A stretch of 64,000 bases of DNA, taken from Octopus vulgaris. Lineage: Eukaryota. Position 1 is the first letter of the stretch. Each line of letters begins with the position of its first letter. Both the position numbers and the translations under genes were made by a program. The notes below the pieces were generated by a model, which was not told where the DNA came from, searched no databases, and saw only the letters and a program-made list of their open reading frames with translations. Shown here in pieces: positions 11,990 to 24,759 of this stretch. Where the stretch lies: assembly GCA_951406725.2 (NCBI GenBank), contig OX597817.1:22692001-22756000 (forward strand), read 5' to 3'.

Positions 11990-14890
11990 GCAGTCAGATA
12001 TATCCTGCGGTGACGGAGACGACGGAGAGCCTAAATGGCAAAAAGTCGGCAGATCTGACAAAAGAAAAATAAATAAACATAGTGACGTAAACATAAAGAC
12101 TGGCAGGTTTGATCAGAAGGGAATATAATTAAGAACAAATACACAAAAACCATCACCAACAGCAGCCACAGCAGTACAGTCAACAACATCATACCCATTA
12201 CAACTATCGCAGACACCACTATCAAAAGCATAACCCAATTCATACACATTGCTCTCAGATTGCATACCCGAACACCAGCAAAATTCAAATATTATTAACT
12301 ATTAACTACACAATAGTAAACTATTAGAACACATATATAACCCTACAGACATCAGACTAACAAACAACACAGCAACTCATATAAAAGTCACCCTAACATA
12401 ACAAAACACATACAACACGATTGAAACTAAATATCCTGAAGGTATAGGGGGTTTTCTGAGGAAATATCAACAAACACCTGTAAAAAGAGCGCCTCTTGGA
12501 ATCATCCGCAAATAGCCATGGGAACGGAACATCCATTTCCACATAGTAAACAAAAACACTTTAAGTAGCTTTTACCGCATCTATTCCTTATTCAAACATG
12601 GCCTTGCTTCGGACAGGCAGTATAAACGGTAAGAAGACCATCTACTCAACACCCATCTACACTATTCTACTGAGTATAGATGTAGTGTCTATTAGTGAAA
12701 ACAGAGTGTCCGACCGACAGGAGTATATGACCATTTTCCGTGGCTACAAGATTTCTTTATGTCCATATCCAACGGTAGAGGGAGGTGGAACTTCGGTGTT
12801 GTTCTGGCGAGGTCAGGACAAGGATGACTATCTCCCTGAACCCAAACGTTAAGTTGGTGGTCCTGGATGTGAAAAGTAGTGATGGGGGTTCCGTCAGACT
12901 GGTGGCTGTTTATGCTCCGACAGGAGTAGGATAACCTCATATCTCCAGATAACCACGTCTGGAGGTCTTCCTTGGAATGTCTCCACCTTTAGGGTTAGTC
13001 GGCGATCGGAATGTCATGTTAGTGTCAGTCTTGGACTGTGTGGGCCAGCAGATAGAAAAGAGGGTTGTAAAAGATTTGCAAATCTGCTGAGACATTTCCA
13101 GCTGTCTGGGAGATACGGATTGGATTTCCTAAATGTACCAATGTAGAGGTGTACGAATCACATTGGGTCATCCCGGTCGTATCTAGACAGAGTATTCTGC
13201 AGGCCAGTAGCTAAAGATAGTATAAGTTGTCTAGTTTTTAAACTGATCTGCTACACAGACCATAATTTTGTGACCTGTATGTTCGACCGGGCTTAGAAGG
13301 CAGGAACCCAGTTACTGGAAGCTGAACGCGTCACTCCCTGCAGGCCAAACTTCCAGTGACAGGATCACATACTCAGTTAAGCGGGTGTTGATAGGAAGAA
13401 TCGTCAACAAAAGATGGTGGCACGCTCTTAAAAGAGCAATTGGAGTAGATTTAGTTATGTCTAATAAAATATTAGTGATACATATAAATAAAAAGTCGAG
13501 TTATCAGAAACTTAAAAGAGGCGCTCAGGTAGGGTATTGAAACCGACGTGCTGGCCGCAGGATTGACCCTGGGCCAATCTTTGATTGCCAAACGAGAAGG
13601 TTTCCCTATCAGAGCTATGGTGAGTGCACTTAGACAAAAAGGAACGAACGTTGCTCGATAGAACAGGGTGGTAGAAGTGCAATATGGAAACAAAGCCACA
13701 ATTCGGTCTTAGGAGGCCAAGATAGGGGCATAGTACTCGAGTACGAGAAGAACTGTACAGCATTTCAATTTGCTGAACTTTTTGAGACGAATGGCAGTCT
13801 GGAATGCAGGATGAATTTCAGTGCCTACCTTGTCAGCATACCACGACTTTAGGCAAGGGGTCGGGGTGTTGCGAAATGCCGATAAAAGCCGCGGAAATAC
13901 GGGATGCGATCATGGGTTGTTTAGCCCGGTTTTTATGGTGTGTCCTACGAGTTTTGCTTTTATATGCTAGACTTGTTTCGTGGCTTTTTAGTCGATATCT
14001 ACCACAGGTGGTAACAGAACAGGAAAATTTCTAATTCTGTGAGTCGAGCAGCGGTGGCACTGATGAGAAAGGTTCCAAGCGAGGGGCATGAAATAGAAAA
14101 TGTTAGACCCATAAAGCTGCTGAGCACATATTTCAAAATTTTGAAAGAAGTTAGTGTTTGTCGTCGGGGAACTGATTGGTCATACGCAAACATACGCAAT
14201 CACTAGCAGATACATCCACGAGAACCTCCACTTCATGCGATGCATCTTACACAGAGTGGGTAAAGATACTGCCATGGGTGGGCCTTTGATCAATGTGAAT
14301 CACTCTAAAACCTTTGTTAGCATCGACTACTAATACATGGCGGCCGTTCTTAAGGCGGCCGTTCTTAAGGCGGCCGGTTTCAGTAACGTTTTCCTGAGAT
14401 GGGTCCTTGCAATGTACAGCAAAATCTTCGCGGTAGTTTGGGTGAATGGTTACCTATTGAAACCTTTCGATATCATGCATACATTCGGTTCGCCAAGTGT
14501 GTCCACTTTCGTTTCCTCTGTATGTATTGACTGGGAAGGGGCAGACACTGTTTCTTTGTCTGGTAAACTTAGTGAAAGAGGTTGTGTGGTGTTGCAGGTT
14601 TAAAGGACTGAAGATAGACACTTGCCTCTTTAGCCAAGCTCTCAATAAATTCTTTGAAGTTTTACTTGAAAAAGTATGTGAGGGGAAGGAGGTGGGTAAA
14701 TGTAACATGAATGGCCCTTCTGAACGGGCTTATTCTAAGCATCGCTTCTAGATCGAGTGTAGATAAAGTGCAGTGGGCACTTGTCATAGAGATCGGGGCA
14801 ATCGTGGTCTTTTGTGGGGTTTACATGTGCAAACTTGGAAATGTGTCTGTTTTGGGGATTTTAATTGTTATAAGGGAACGCTATAATAGA
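11990..14890 (+). mobile_element. decayed Tx1-clade LINE (APE endonuclease, partial RT, ORF2 C-terminus)
   Basis: Broken-frame endonuclease motifs VAVYAP (12902), LVGDRN, SRSYLDR, TDHN and SYWKLNAS. RT motifs RPIKLLSTYFKIL (14105) and LINVNHSKTFVSID. It then jumps to VKEVVWCCRFKGLKIDT (ORF 14497-14751). Many stops and frameshifts; the 5' boundary is approximate. Confidence 0.85.
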
Positions 14891-15564
14891 AGGATTCAGA
14901 CGGATTTTCTAATCATGATGTTTTGAGTTCGGCTCCACGGCATGACATATTGAGCTAAAGTCACTTTCTATAACATCGGGACAACATCTCGTTTGTGTGC
15001 GAAATTTGTGGCCGTTGGGAGGATTGAAAGAGTAATTCAAAAAACGTATTTTGTTAAATATTTACGGCTGTATATGATAAAATCAGACAATAAGCCGGAT
15101 TATTGAAAATGTTATACAATTAATGTTTTCCCGAAATGGCGTCAAAATGTTATTTTCCTTATGATTTTTCAAAAAAAGTTGTATTAAATGATGAACTAAT
15201 TAATTTTTATTTTACTGCAATATTTCACTAGAAATGTATGAAACGAATATTATATTATTTATGAATAAACTGTTGAATTTACTTTTCTTGCGTAAAATCT
15301 TATGATACATTGTAAGCAACAACTTGTAATGGAGAAGGGAAACAGACTTAATGCGTTTTTCTGTCTCAAACTAATGCTTATAATATCTAATTATATGTTG
15401 AATACTTTTCTCTTTCTATGTGAAACTATAAAATATTTTACAACATTTTGCAACAATGATTTTAATATTGTTATTAGCGGTGTATAGTCTTCAGATAACG
15501 GTATATTTATAATTATTCAGTGACTGAACAGCATGCTCTTGTAAATGCATTTTATCATTCGATT

Positions 15565-15642
<78 letters not shown>

Positions 15643-16907
15643 TCATGAGGAAGTCAACCCACAATAAAATATTGAAACCTTTATAAAAAAATATTGTGTT
15701 AGATTTTAGAACAATAAACCTGAAATATGTTGAAAACACTTAATATAATTTGGGTTACTGGTAGACTCAGTAGACAAAAGAAACGGAACATATCAAGAGA
15801 TATTGGTTTTATTGATGTCATTTATAGGATACAGCAATTTTTAGAACCTTCGTGGTTGAAACTGCACAGAATGAAAAGCTTGCCCGAACCTGATCGAATG
15901 AAACCATAGTGCGTATAGCAGAGGAGGTTTTGCTCGTTTCTAAGACGCGGCTTAACAGGGTTAACTATGGGAAAATACCACTGAAAAAAATTGGAGATGA
16001 CTAGAAAAATACTTCATGATAAAGGTGTAGAAATTACATATTGAAATCTAGAAGTCTAGAGCATTATGGCATTATAGTGTTATAAGGAGTGTAACTATAG
16101 TGATATTACATAATTTGAGTCACTTTTTGGATAAAAGATTCTATTCAATCGACTTGGATTTACTCTTGGAAATTTATATCTTTGATCAAATGTTCTATGT
16201 CAGAAATCAATAGTAATAGCTTGCAGAGTATAGCGAGATGGTAGATATATACAAGGACAAAAGTAAATGAATTATACTATTTAATTTTCTTCCTTTGTGC
16301 TTTGACATCAAAGTACATTGGATTTGACGTTACCTTTTATTTGTCGAAGTTGATGACATGAATATCAGCACTATAAAATATCCGATCAACTCGAAAATAT
16401 CCAGATCTTATCTCTATTAAAGCATTGACCTTGTAATCAATATTACTGTTTTCGTATTAGGTAATCCTTGGTACTGAAGCACTCAGACAAAAACTGAATG
16501 CGTATATATCATCTATCTATCTACCTATCTATCTATCCATCCATCTATACATACATACATACACACATACATGTGTATATATATTTATATACGTATATGT
16601 GGTTGTGTAATGGTGTTCAAAATTAATTGCAACAAAAGAGTAATAAGTCACACCAAAATGCTGCCTTAACAATATTTGTGAAACATTAAGAAAATAAATG
16701 AATCTAGTAATTAGATTATGGTTATGTTCACTGGTTGAATGCCCAGCTAGGGAACCACAGCATTTATAGTCTTTTGATATTTTTTAATGTTTGCTTCTTT
16801 AAATACGTTGAAAATTGTTGAGATAAACAGATCCTAGCCTTTGAGATATGAAGTCATTGAAACACATCACGTGCGCTATATGTGTGCGTGTGTGTATGTG
16901 TGTGTGT

Positions 16908-16945
<38 letters not shown>

Positions 16946-16999
16946 TGTGATGTTTATGTTAAAGGAATCTTCATTTTTCTTTCTTTTAGAAAGGTAATA

Positions 17000-17414
17000 G
17001 GCGCAGGAGTGGCTGTGTGGTAAGTAGCTTGCTAACCAACCACATGGTTCCGGGTTCAGTCCCACTGCGTGGCATCTTGGGCAAGTGTCTTCTGCTATAG
17101 CCCCGGGCTTACCAATGCCTTGTGAGTGGATTTGGTAGGCGGAAACTGAAAGAAGCCTGTCGTATATATGTATATATAAATATATATGTGTGCGTGTATA
17201 TGTTTGTATGTGTGTGTTTGTCCCCCTAGCATTGCTTGACAACCGATGCTGGTGTGTTTACGTCCCCGTCACTTAGCACAAGAGACCGATAGAATAAGTA
17301 CTGGGCTTACAAAGAATAAGTCGCGGGGTCGATTTGCTCGACTAAAAGCGGTGCTCCAGCATGGCCGCAGTCAAATGATTGAAACAAGTAAAAGAGTAAA
17401 AGAGCAAAAGAGTA
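17000..17414 (+). mobile_element. tRNA-derived SINE family A, full length
   Basis: GGCGCAGGAGTGGCTGTGTGGTAAG head, B-box GGTTCAGTCCC, CORE-like CTTGGGCAAGTGTCTT, internal TA/TG tract and (AAAGAGT)n tail. Confidence 0.92.
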
Positions 17415-17809
17415 ATAAGCTCCGAATTGCTCTTTGAAAATATCAGAAAATTTTAATTGTTTTAGTCATAAGACATATGTTGTATTGGTATAGACTGCCA
17501 TTTTGTACGTGTATATGTCTATGAATGTAGATAGAAGTAACTAGGAAGAAACGAATCTTAATCGATGATATTTTCTATTAGCACTCTCCTAATATATAAT
17601 ATTATAAGATTTGTACTTGTGCTTAGAACTGCATGTGCTGAACTCACAAAAGATAAATGGAATATCATTTTCTTCAGATCTACTTCCTACTCCATAATAT
17701 ATTAGTTTTGCTAGTATTCAAAGAATTTCATATTGAATTATCATCTAAACACAATGGGAGCGAGTTTGCTTAGTTTGCACTTATGCATTTATATAAAATA
17801 TTAATAATG

Positions 17810-18443
17810 TTTTCAAATTTGGGTACAAGGCGAAGACTTTCGAGTGGGGATGGGAGTGGTTAGTCAATTACATCGACCCCAGCATTCAAATGATACTCAT
17901 TTTGTCCTCCCCGAAAGGATGAAAAGTAAAATAGACCTCGGCAGAATTTGAACTCAAAACGCAAAGACGGACGAAAAGCTGCTAAGCGTGCCAACGATTC
18001 TACCAGCTCGTCCTGGTGTGCTAACGATTCTTATTTCTTTACTGTCCACAAGGGGCTAAGCACAGAGGAGACAAACAGGGACAGAGAAAGAGGTTAAATC
18101 GATTACATCTACCCCAGTACGTAACTGGGACTTAATTTATCGACCCCGAAAGGATGAAAGGCAAAGTCGACCTCGGCGGAATTTCAACTCAGAATGTAGC
18201 GGCAGACGAAATACCTGTTTCTTTACTACCCACAAGGGGCTAAACATAGAGAGGACAAACAAGGACAGACAAACGGATTTAGTCGATTATATCGACTCCA
18301 GTGCGTAACTGGTACTTATTTAATCGACCTCGAAAGGTTGAAAGGCAAAGTCGACCTCGGCGGAATTTGAACTCGGAACGTAGCCACAGACGAAATACTA
18401 AGTATTTCGCCTGGCGTGCTAACGTTTCTGCCAGCTCGCCGCC
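17810..18443 (-). mobile_element. SINE family B, three-unit array
   Basis: Two Tx1-tailed units (18032-18443, junction at 18215) followed by an older unit at 17810-18031. Confidence 0.88.
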
Positions 18444-19056
18444 TGAACCTTAGTAAATATTAATAATATTCTTGAAGGTGCTGAATTGCATTTATCTATT
18501 TCGTCTTCCTTTGGCTTGAGTTCAAATTCCGTCGAAGGTAATATCTACCACTACATATTTCTTAAGATAATAACAGATGAATGTGAGATATAAAAATATC
18601 TCTTGTCCTTATCATGGTAATAATTAAGTCGAACTAATTAAGAAAATAATTTGCTGTGTTTGAAATAATCTAGAGTATAGAAAAATAATGAATTATATGC
18701 ATTCATCAACGTGGCTTTCGGATGAAACAACAAAAACGGGAATATCACGCATAATATATACATATATATTTGCTTTCTTTTAATATATATACACACAGCT
18801 ACATATGTGTGTGTGTATGTGATGTTTAAATATATAAATATATAATTTCTTCAGAATTTATTTATTAAATCATTTTTCTTTATATTCCAACACGTGTTTC
18901 TACTGCGTGTCTTAGTGCCTTTTGTTATGATAGATTATTTTTGTATTTACCTGTTTTAAATTAAATCAATTGCAGTACACGTTGAAGTCTAAAAGCAGAC
19001 AATTCTATAAAGCTTTACTTGATGTGTTCACTACATCCCTACTTTTATTCATATTC

Positions 19057-19220
19057 AAGCTGCCAGACGAGATGGTGAAGATGCCGACGACCGCTTTGTT
19101 CAAAGCCTCCCTGGACCTCAAGTGGCCTGAACTCTTTACATGAACACCACCCTGTACTTAACTCCATGTCCCCCTACATGGCCTTGCTATTTGCTTTTGA
19201 GCCAAATTAACTAACTAACT
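19057..19220 (+). mobile_element. CR1-clade LINE 3' end
   Basis: Reads KLPDEMVKMPTTALFKASLDLKWPELF*, followed by a short UTR and a (TAAC)n tail. Confidence 0.7.
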
Positions 19221-20473
19221 CCATCTGGATAGCTATTATCATTACTAGTTAGTATCATTTATATTTGTGCTATTAATTGCGTTTACTGGGCCTTTAGCGA
19301 CCTTTGCAATTCTATTACGGTTTAATTGGTGTGTGAATGTGACCCACTGGGAGGGAATCACTACTAGTTCTCGTTGGAACTTCTTTCCTCGAAATGTAAT
19401 TTTCTATAAAAACCAGTAAAGTGCAATCGGCTCCTAGTCGTCTCAACCTCTGTTTATTTGTTTTATTGCTGATTATTCTGAAAAGTGGTTTCAGTGCTGT
19501 GCAGCACTTTATCTCCCCAAAGCAAATTCCCGCACAAGAAATTCTTGGTCTCCAGCAACGTTTGGACGGTCTTATTGAGTTTAAGATCAAATCTAACTCG
19601 TCAATAATTGATTTCCACCATATACGAGGGGGTACCCGAGAGGAATCGGAAACGTTCTCCGTGAGACAAGCCTGTTGTAGTTCAGGCTTCCGACGCTAGA
19701 ACCAACTTGATGCAACCTTCAGGCAATCGACTACATACCGTCGTCGTCATTTTCTCATTGAGTTACGTGATGTGTCTTCGTTTTTCAGTGCTTCTCCCCT
19801 GTTTGCCGATTTCTGCGATGGCAGAAACAATGGAACAGCGGGTTTCGGTGCAATGTTGTTCTCTGGTGTGGAAAACGGCGACAAAACAGCTGTCATGCTT
19901 CAAACAGCTTACAAGGACGTTGCTATGGGCAAAACACAAGTTTACAAGTAGCTTTCAAGCTTTAGGAATGGTCACTTTTCGCCTGAAGGCCAGCCCCGTT
20001 CAGGGCAACCGTTGACCTCCAGAACAAATGAAAACATCACGAAAATTCATGAACTGATCTTAGAGGACCTAACTTGTTGATATGACTCGTGTGTCCTTGA
20101 TCTCGTGCCAACGAATTTTTAGCTAGGAATTGCGAATGAAATGAGTTGCAGCTAAATTTGTGCCTCGCTGGTCATGGAAGATCAAAGGCAGCCACGAGTG
20201 AATGAGTATTGCGAACTGAAAGAACAGTTGGAAATTGATACGAACCTTTATTCAAAGATTATCATTGGTGACGAAAGTCGCTGCTATGGCTACGATCCGC
20301 AAAACGAAGCAGCAATCACACCAACGGAGTCATTGAATATCAACACACCGCCAAAAAGCGCGTCAAGTGAAGACCAATGTCAAGACGATGTTGATTTGTT
20401 TCATCAATGCGAAAAGTACATTATTTACATTATTTATATTTGACGGATATTTGTTCTCATCTTGTTTGTTGTT

Positions 20474-20519
20474 AACACAACGTTTCGGCTAATATACCAA
20501 CCAGCCTTTATCAGGCGTC
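20474..20519 (-). ncRNA. mutated antisense copy of the hammerhead (core CUGAUAA)
   Basis: The reverse complement is GACGC-CTGATAA-A-GGCTGGTTGGTATATTAGCC-GAAAC-GTT-GTGTT. The G8A change is predicted to inactivate it. Confidence 0.7.
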
Positions 20520-20562
20520 TTGTGGAGATTTCGAATTTCTCCAAGGTTCGAAATTTCCCCAA

Positions 20563-20608
20563 GACACCTGATGAAGGCTGGAGGGTATATCAGCCGAAAC
20601 GTTGTGTG
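20563..20608 (+). ncRNA. minimal type I hammerhead ribozyme
   Basis: GACAC-CUGAUGA-A-GGCUG-GAGGGUAUAU-CAGCC-GAAAC-GUU-GUGU. The core is intact, stems I and II pair, stem III has no loop, and cleavage is predicted after 20603. Confidence 0.8.
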
Positions 20609-21537
20609 AACAACAAACAAGGTGAGGATAAATATCTGTCAAATGTAAATTATGTAAATAATTTAAATAATGTACATAATTTCTCATCTATTAAATATAG
20701 AACTGTAATGCGAAAAGTATTGTCCACACATAATTTGTTTCACCTGGTCAAACTGTTAACTAAACATATTACTTGGCAATTCTGACGAATTTGCGAGATG
20801 CGGTGAGATGTAAACACCCTGGCCTGTAGCAAAGCTGAGAGTGACTTTTTCATCACAGCAATTGGCCTGCGCACACTGCCTTGTGTGTGAGACAGTCTTT
20901 GACTAAAAATAGCGTGACCCCCCACTAACTAATTCTCCCAATTCACCCCATCCTTCTCCCTGCGATAGTTTTTGTCCTCCCGAATGAAAAATGTCCTTAA
21001 CAGAAAACGTTTTGTAGATGTGGAAGTGGCGAAGAAAAAATGACCGAGGCGTTAAAAGGATATAATTTCGCACGAGTTCCGGGACTGTTGGAACAGTGGA
21101 GGACCCGTCTGCACCAATGCATTGTTACAAATGGAGATTGCAAAATTGCGGCTTCTTTTGGGTACCCCGTCGTATGTTGAGTGTTCGTGCATGTCACATT
21201 TCTTTTCAGGAACAGCTTGTTGTGTTCGGGGTCATAATGGCATTTGAGATCTTAAAGATTAAAGTTAAAGCTGATAAAAAGTTCATGGAGGACTGAAAGG
21301 TGTCTGAATATTGGAAAAAAATTACATGTAGCATGATGCTTCGTGCCGAGTATCAAATACTGTCATCATGACAACTGCTTAGTACTCTGTGTACACCACT
21401 ACAGAGACATATATAGTTGCAAGGTGACAACGAAAGGGACAACAAGGTACGCTGGCTAACAGGGCTAACAAGAAGGGACGCAGCGAGGTATTCCGACTGC
21501 ATCCACAAGCCGGAAATAGTCTGGCAACTGCTGGAAA

Positions 21538-22023
21538 TGGCCTTAGGCTCAAGACGGTCATGTGAAGCATCTATAGACTATGGTCAATCTTTGGCTGGCG
21601 AGGGTTGTTGCTGGAAAGTCATATGTGTGGTAGTAGGATTTAGCCTCTTGGTCAGAAAATTTCTACGACGTCACCAGCCTAATTCCTGGTTTCCTAATTT
21701 CCTCGATTTTAATTCAATGGATTACTGTGTTGGGTGTGGTTGAAAAAGACACCGACAACCCTGCCTGCAACATCAATTTCGAGCCTGGAACCAAGATCAC
21801 AGAGTTGTTTAAAGATCTGCTCAGTGAAGAACGCCTGCACCAGGTTTCGAAGCCGTCTTGAGGTTATAGTGGGAGGGGAGGATGATTACTTTGAGTAAAC
21901 TGATATCACATAGACGCAATCTAGTTGATGATTTGATTTTTAACGCACTTATATTTTTGAATGGAATAATGAATTTGCTTTTCCTGCTACGCAAGCTGCC
22001 AAATGTAAACTGAATGCACTGTA
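21538..22023 (+). mobile_element. maT/DD37D-like Tc1-mariner transposase C-terminal relic
   Basis: NSWFPNFLDFNSMDYCV (cf. WPPNSPDLNPMDY), VEKDTDNPACN and KNACTRFRSRLEVIV. It ends ...CACTGTA. Confidence 0.7.
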
Positions 22024-23269
22024 TATATGTGTGTGTGTGTTCCCACCACCACTTGATAACCGGTGTTTGCGTACGTACCGCAACTTAGAGGTTCGACAAA
22101 AGAGAGATTAGATTAAGTACCTAGCTTACAAACAAGCTCTAACATCTATCTTTTCTTCAAAACCCTTCTAGGAGGTGCCCCAGCTTGGCCGCACTCTAAA
22201 TACTGAAAGAAAGAGGAGATAAAATAATTCAGTTATCGCTTACATGATTTCTTTTGTTAGGGTGTTGGACTAATTATTTATTGTTCAATGTAAAATATAC
22301 GGTGGAGATTGACGTGTAGCACTCAGTGTGTGCTTAGGACAACGATTTTGTCTCTAATCACTCGTTTTGATCTTAAGCTTATGCAAAAAGTCAATGTTAA
22401 AACATTTATTTTCCCAGTTAATTCTACTTCTATCAAGTGTTGACGCATGTCTCTGTACCCTTATCGATACATGTCATGGTTATCATATTATCATTGAGTT
22501 TATGTAGCCATTAAGTTTTTGTGTGTTATATAGAAACTATCAGAGTACAGAAAAATGAAACAGCGTTGCGAACATTTATATTTCACCTGATTTATGTTGA
22601 CAATAAATATGTTCTTTTACTTCACACAAAGAATAGGAGATGTGAGTTACACAACCGAATGAAAAGCAGCAGGAGAGAAGTCGCGATTGGGAATGACAGA
22701 AAAAATTAAGAGCAAAGCAAACTATTTTAAAAGGAGGAGCTAGATAATGACATCGCCCTGAGCATTTAATGAATGTTAAAATTGACATGAACTCAGAATA
22801 TAAAGATTCGGATTAATTATCGGAATATATATTGTGTAACATAAACAAATGCCATAAATATTCTGAATACCGAATTAAAACTAAAACGACACTCGTCATA
22901 TTCTTGATTATAAAGAGCTACCGACAGTCGTTGGGGGTATTGAATTTCACAATTTTGTAGAATAGTACACCTGCGCAAAAAAAACTACTTTCAGCTTCTG
23001 TGAGAGACGCTTAACGAATTTCATTGTCTGGTGGAGAATCTTATTATTCGATTGGTGGGTGAATGTATGGCTGTTCACTACTTTATTTGATTTTATCTGA
23101 TGTGTAAACTTATCTATATAACAGAGATGCGGAGAGGAATATTTTTCGAAAATACAATTGACATACGTAGGATTGGAGCTTGCCTTATAAGTGTTACCTC
23201 GTACACTAAAAAATTGCTCCTGCCTCCTCAACGAAATATAGAATAAAATTAAACTACCCTGCAATATGG

Positions 23270-23992
23270 AAGGCAGTAGAAGTGGTTAAAATAAAATGAT
23301 GTGTGACTGAGAAGTCATCAGTCTCACTGTGCGGCACCATAGGTAAATGTACTCTATAATAGCTTGGGGCTGACTAAAGGTTCGTGAGTGGTTTTGGTAG
23401 ACGGAAGCTGCAAGAAGCCCGTCGTATACACACACATACACACACACATTAATGATATTGTATAAGCTTAAAGCTTATAAGCGTTCAACTAAATAAAATA
23501 GTCTAATATCCGGGTATATAAGCCTTTGATGGAAAAAGCGGGTTTTCTGTACGCATGGTACTCGACTCACACACCTATGTTTTGGCGACAAGTTTGCTAC
23601 AAATTATACAGGTGTGGGATTGAGTCACACGCGTACGGAAAACCCATATTTTTCCGTCCAGAGCTTATGTGCCCCCATATTATACAATTTACCTTATTTA
23701 ATATACGGTGATTGCTTATAAACTTTAAGCTTATAAAATATTATTATTTACGGAATTGTAAAACTTATCAAGTCATCTCATTTGTGAGTGTGTCTTTGTG
23801 TCTCACCGTTTTCCCCCACACAACTTGACAAACGGTGCTGGTGTAATTACGCCCCCGTAACTTAGCGGTTCGCGAATAAGACCGATAGATTAAGTACGAC
23901 ATTACAATAACTAAGTGCTGGATTCGACTAGGTCGACTAAAATTCGTCAAGGCGTTGCCTATGCATGGCCGCAGCTTATCGAGAGAAACAAG
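23270..23992 (+). mobile_element. old SINE family A copy split by a MITE
   Basis: The 5' half runs to 23448 (GGTAGACGGAAGCTGCAAGAAGCCCGTCGTA) and the 3' half spans 23780-23992. Confidence 0.75.
23450..23746. mobile_element. MITE with ~33-bp TIRs
   Basis: TAATGATATTGTATAAGCTTAAAGCTTATAAGC (23450-23482) matches the reverse complement of 23714-23746 with 3 mismatches. Confidence 0.7.
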
Positions 23993-24008
23993 TAATATAT
24001 ATATATTA

Positions 24009-24415
24009 CAGGAGTGGCTGTGTGGTAAGTAGCTTGCCAACCAACCACATGGTTCCGGGTTCAGTCCCACTGCGTGGCATCATGGGCAAGTGTCTTCTGC
24101 TATAGCATCGGGCCGACCAAAGCCTTGTGAGTGGATTTGGTAGACGGAAACTGAAAGAAGCTTGTCGTATATATGTATATATATATGTGTGTATGTGTGT
24201 GTATGTGTTTGTGTATCTGTGTTTGTCCCTCTAGCATTGCTTGACAACCGATGCTGGTGTGTTTACGTCCCCGTCACTTAGCGGTTCGGCAAAAGAGACC
24301 GATAGAATAAGTACTGGGCTTACAAAGAATAAGTCCCGGGGTTGATTTGCTCGACTAAAGGCGGTGCTCCAGCATGGCCGCAGTCAAATGACTGAAAAGA
24401 GTAAAGAGTAAAAGA

Positions 24416-24417
<2 letters not shown>
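24009..24417 (+). mobile_element. SINE family A
   Basis: Near-identical to 17000-17414. Confidence 0.92.
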
Positions 24418-24457
<40 letters not shown>

Positions 24458-24460
<3 letters not shown>

Positions 24461-24647
24461 AGATCGTTAGCCACTGCACACATTTTTCTCTCCTTGTTTC
24501 TCTCCTTGTTTTTTCCGTGTCCCTTTATGGAGAAGAGCGTAGGCTCGAAACGTAAAATACTTTTTCTATTCATGAGCGTTATACTAATACATCTATTTGT
24601 TTTGTACACCACCTGCCTTCGTCTTTTGTTGTCTTGTTTCGTAAACT

Positions 24648-24650
<3 letters not shown>
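24458..24650 (+). mobile_element. second copy of the 3990-4200 hammerhead-like element, in (TA)n
   Basis: Shares GAAGAGCGTAGGCTCGAAACGTAAAA, TGAGCG..ATACTAATACA and CCACCTGCCTTCGTCTTTTG. The core has degenerated to ATGGAGA. Confidence 0.75.
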
Positions 24651-24722
<72 letters not shown>

Positions 24723-24759
24723 TGCGCAGGAGTGGTGGTGTGGTAAATAGCTTGCTTAC

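Larger units (their letters stand above)
20419..20706 (+). mobile_element. inverted head-to-head duplication of a hammerhead-bearing Penelope-type tail
   Basis: The left arm 20419-20535 is the reverse complement of 20547-20665. The 13-bp TSD AATGCGAAAAGTA lies at 20406-20418 and 20707-20719. Homologous to 36515-36640. Confidence 0.88.
19625..21172 (+). mobile_element. full-length decayed mariner element, interrupted at 20419-20706
   Basis: TIRs CGAGGGGGTACCC / GGGTACCCCGTCG flanked by TA. Motifs MEQRVSVQCC, PRSGQP, AKFVPR, IIIGDESRCYGYDP, SPGQTVN and HHSNWPAHTAL. Confidence 0.9.

Noticed and set aside
14339-14377. AAVLK repeat suggesting a repetitive protein
   Set aside because: A 15-bp slippage duplication between GGCGGCCG direct repeats inside the dead Tx1 RT.
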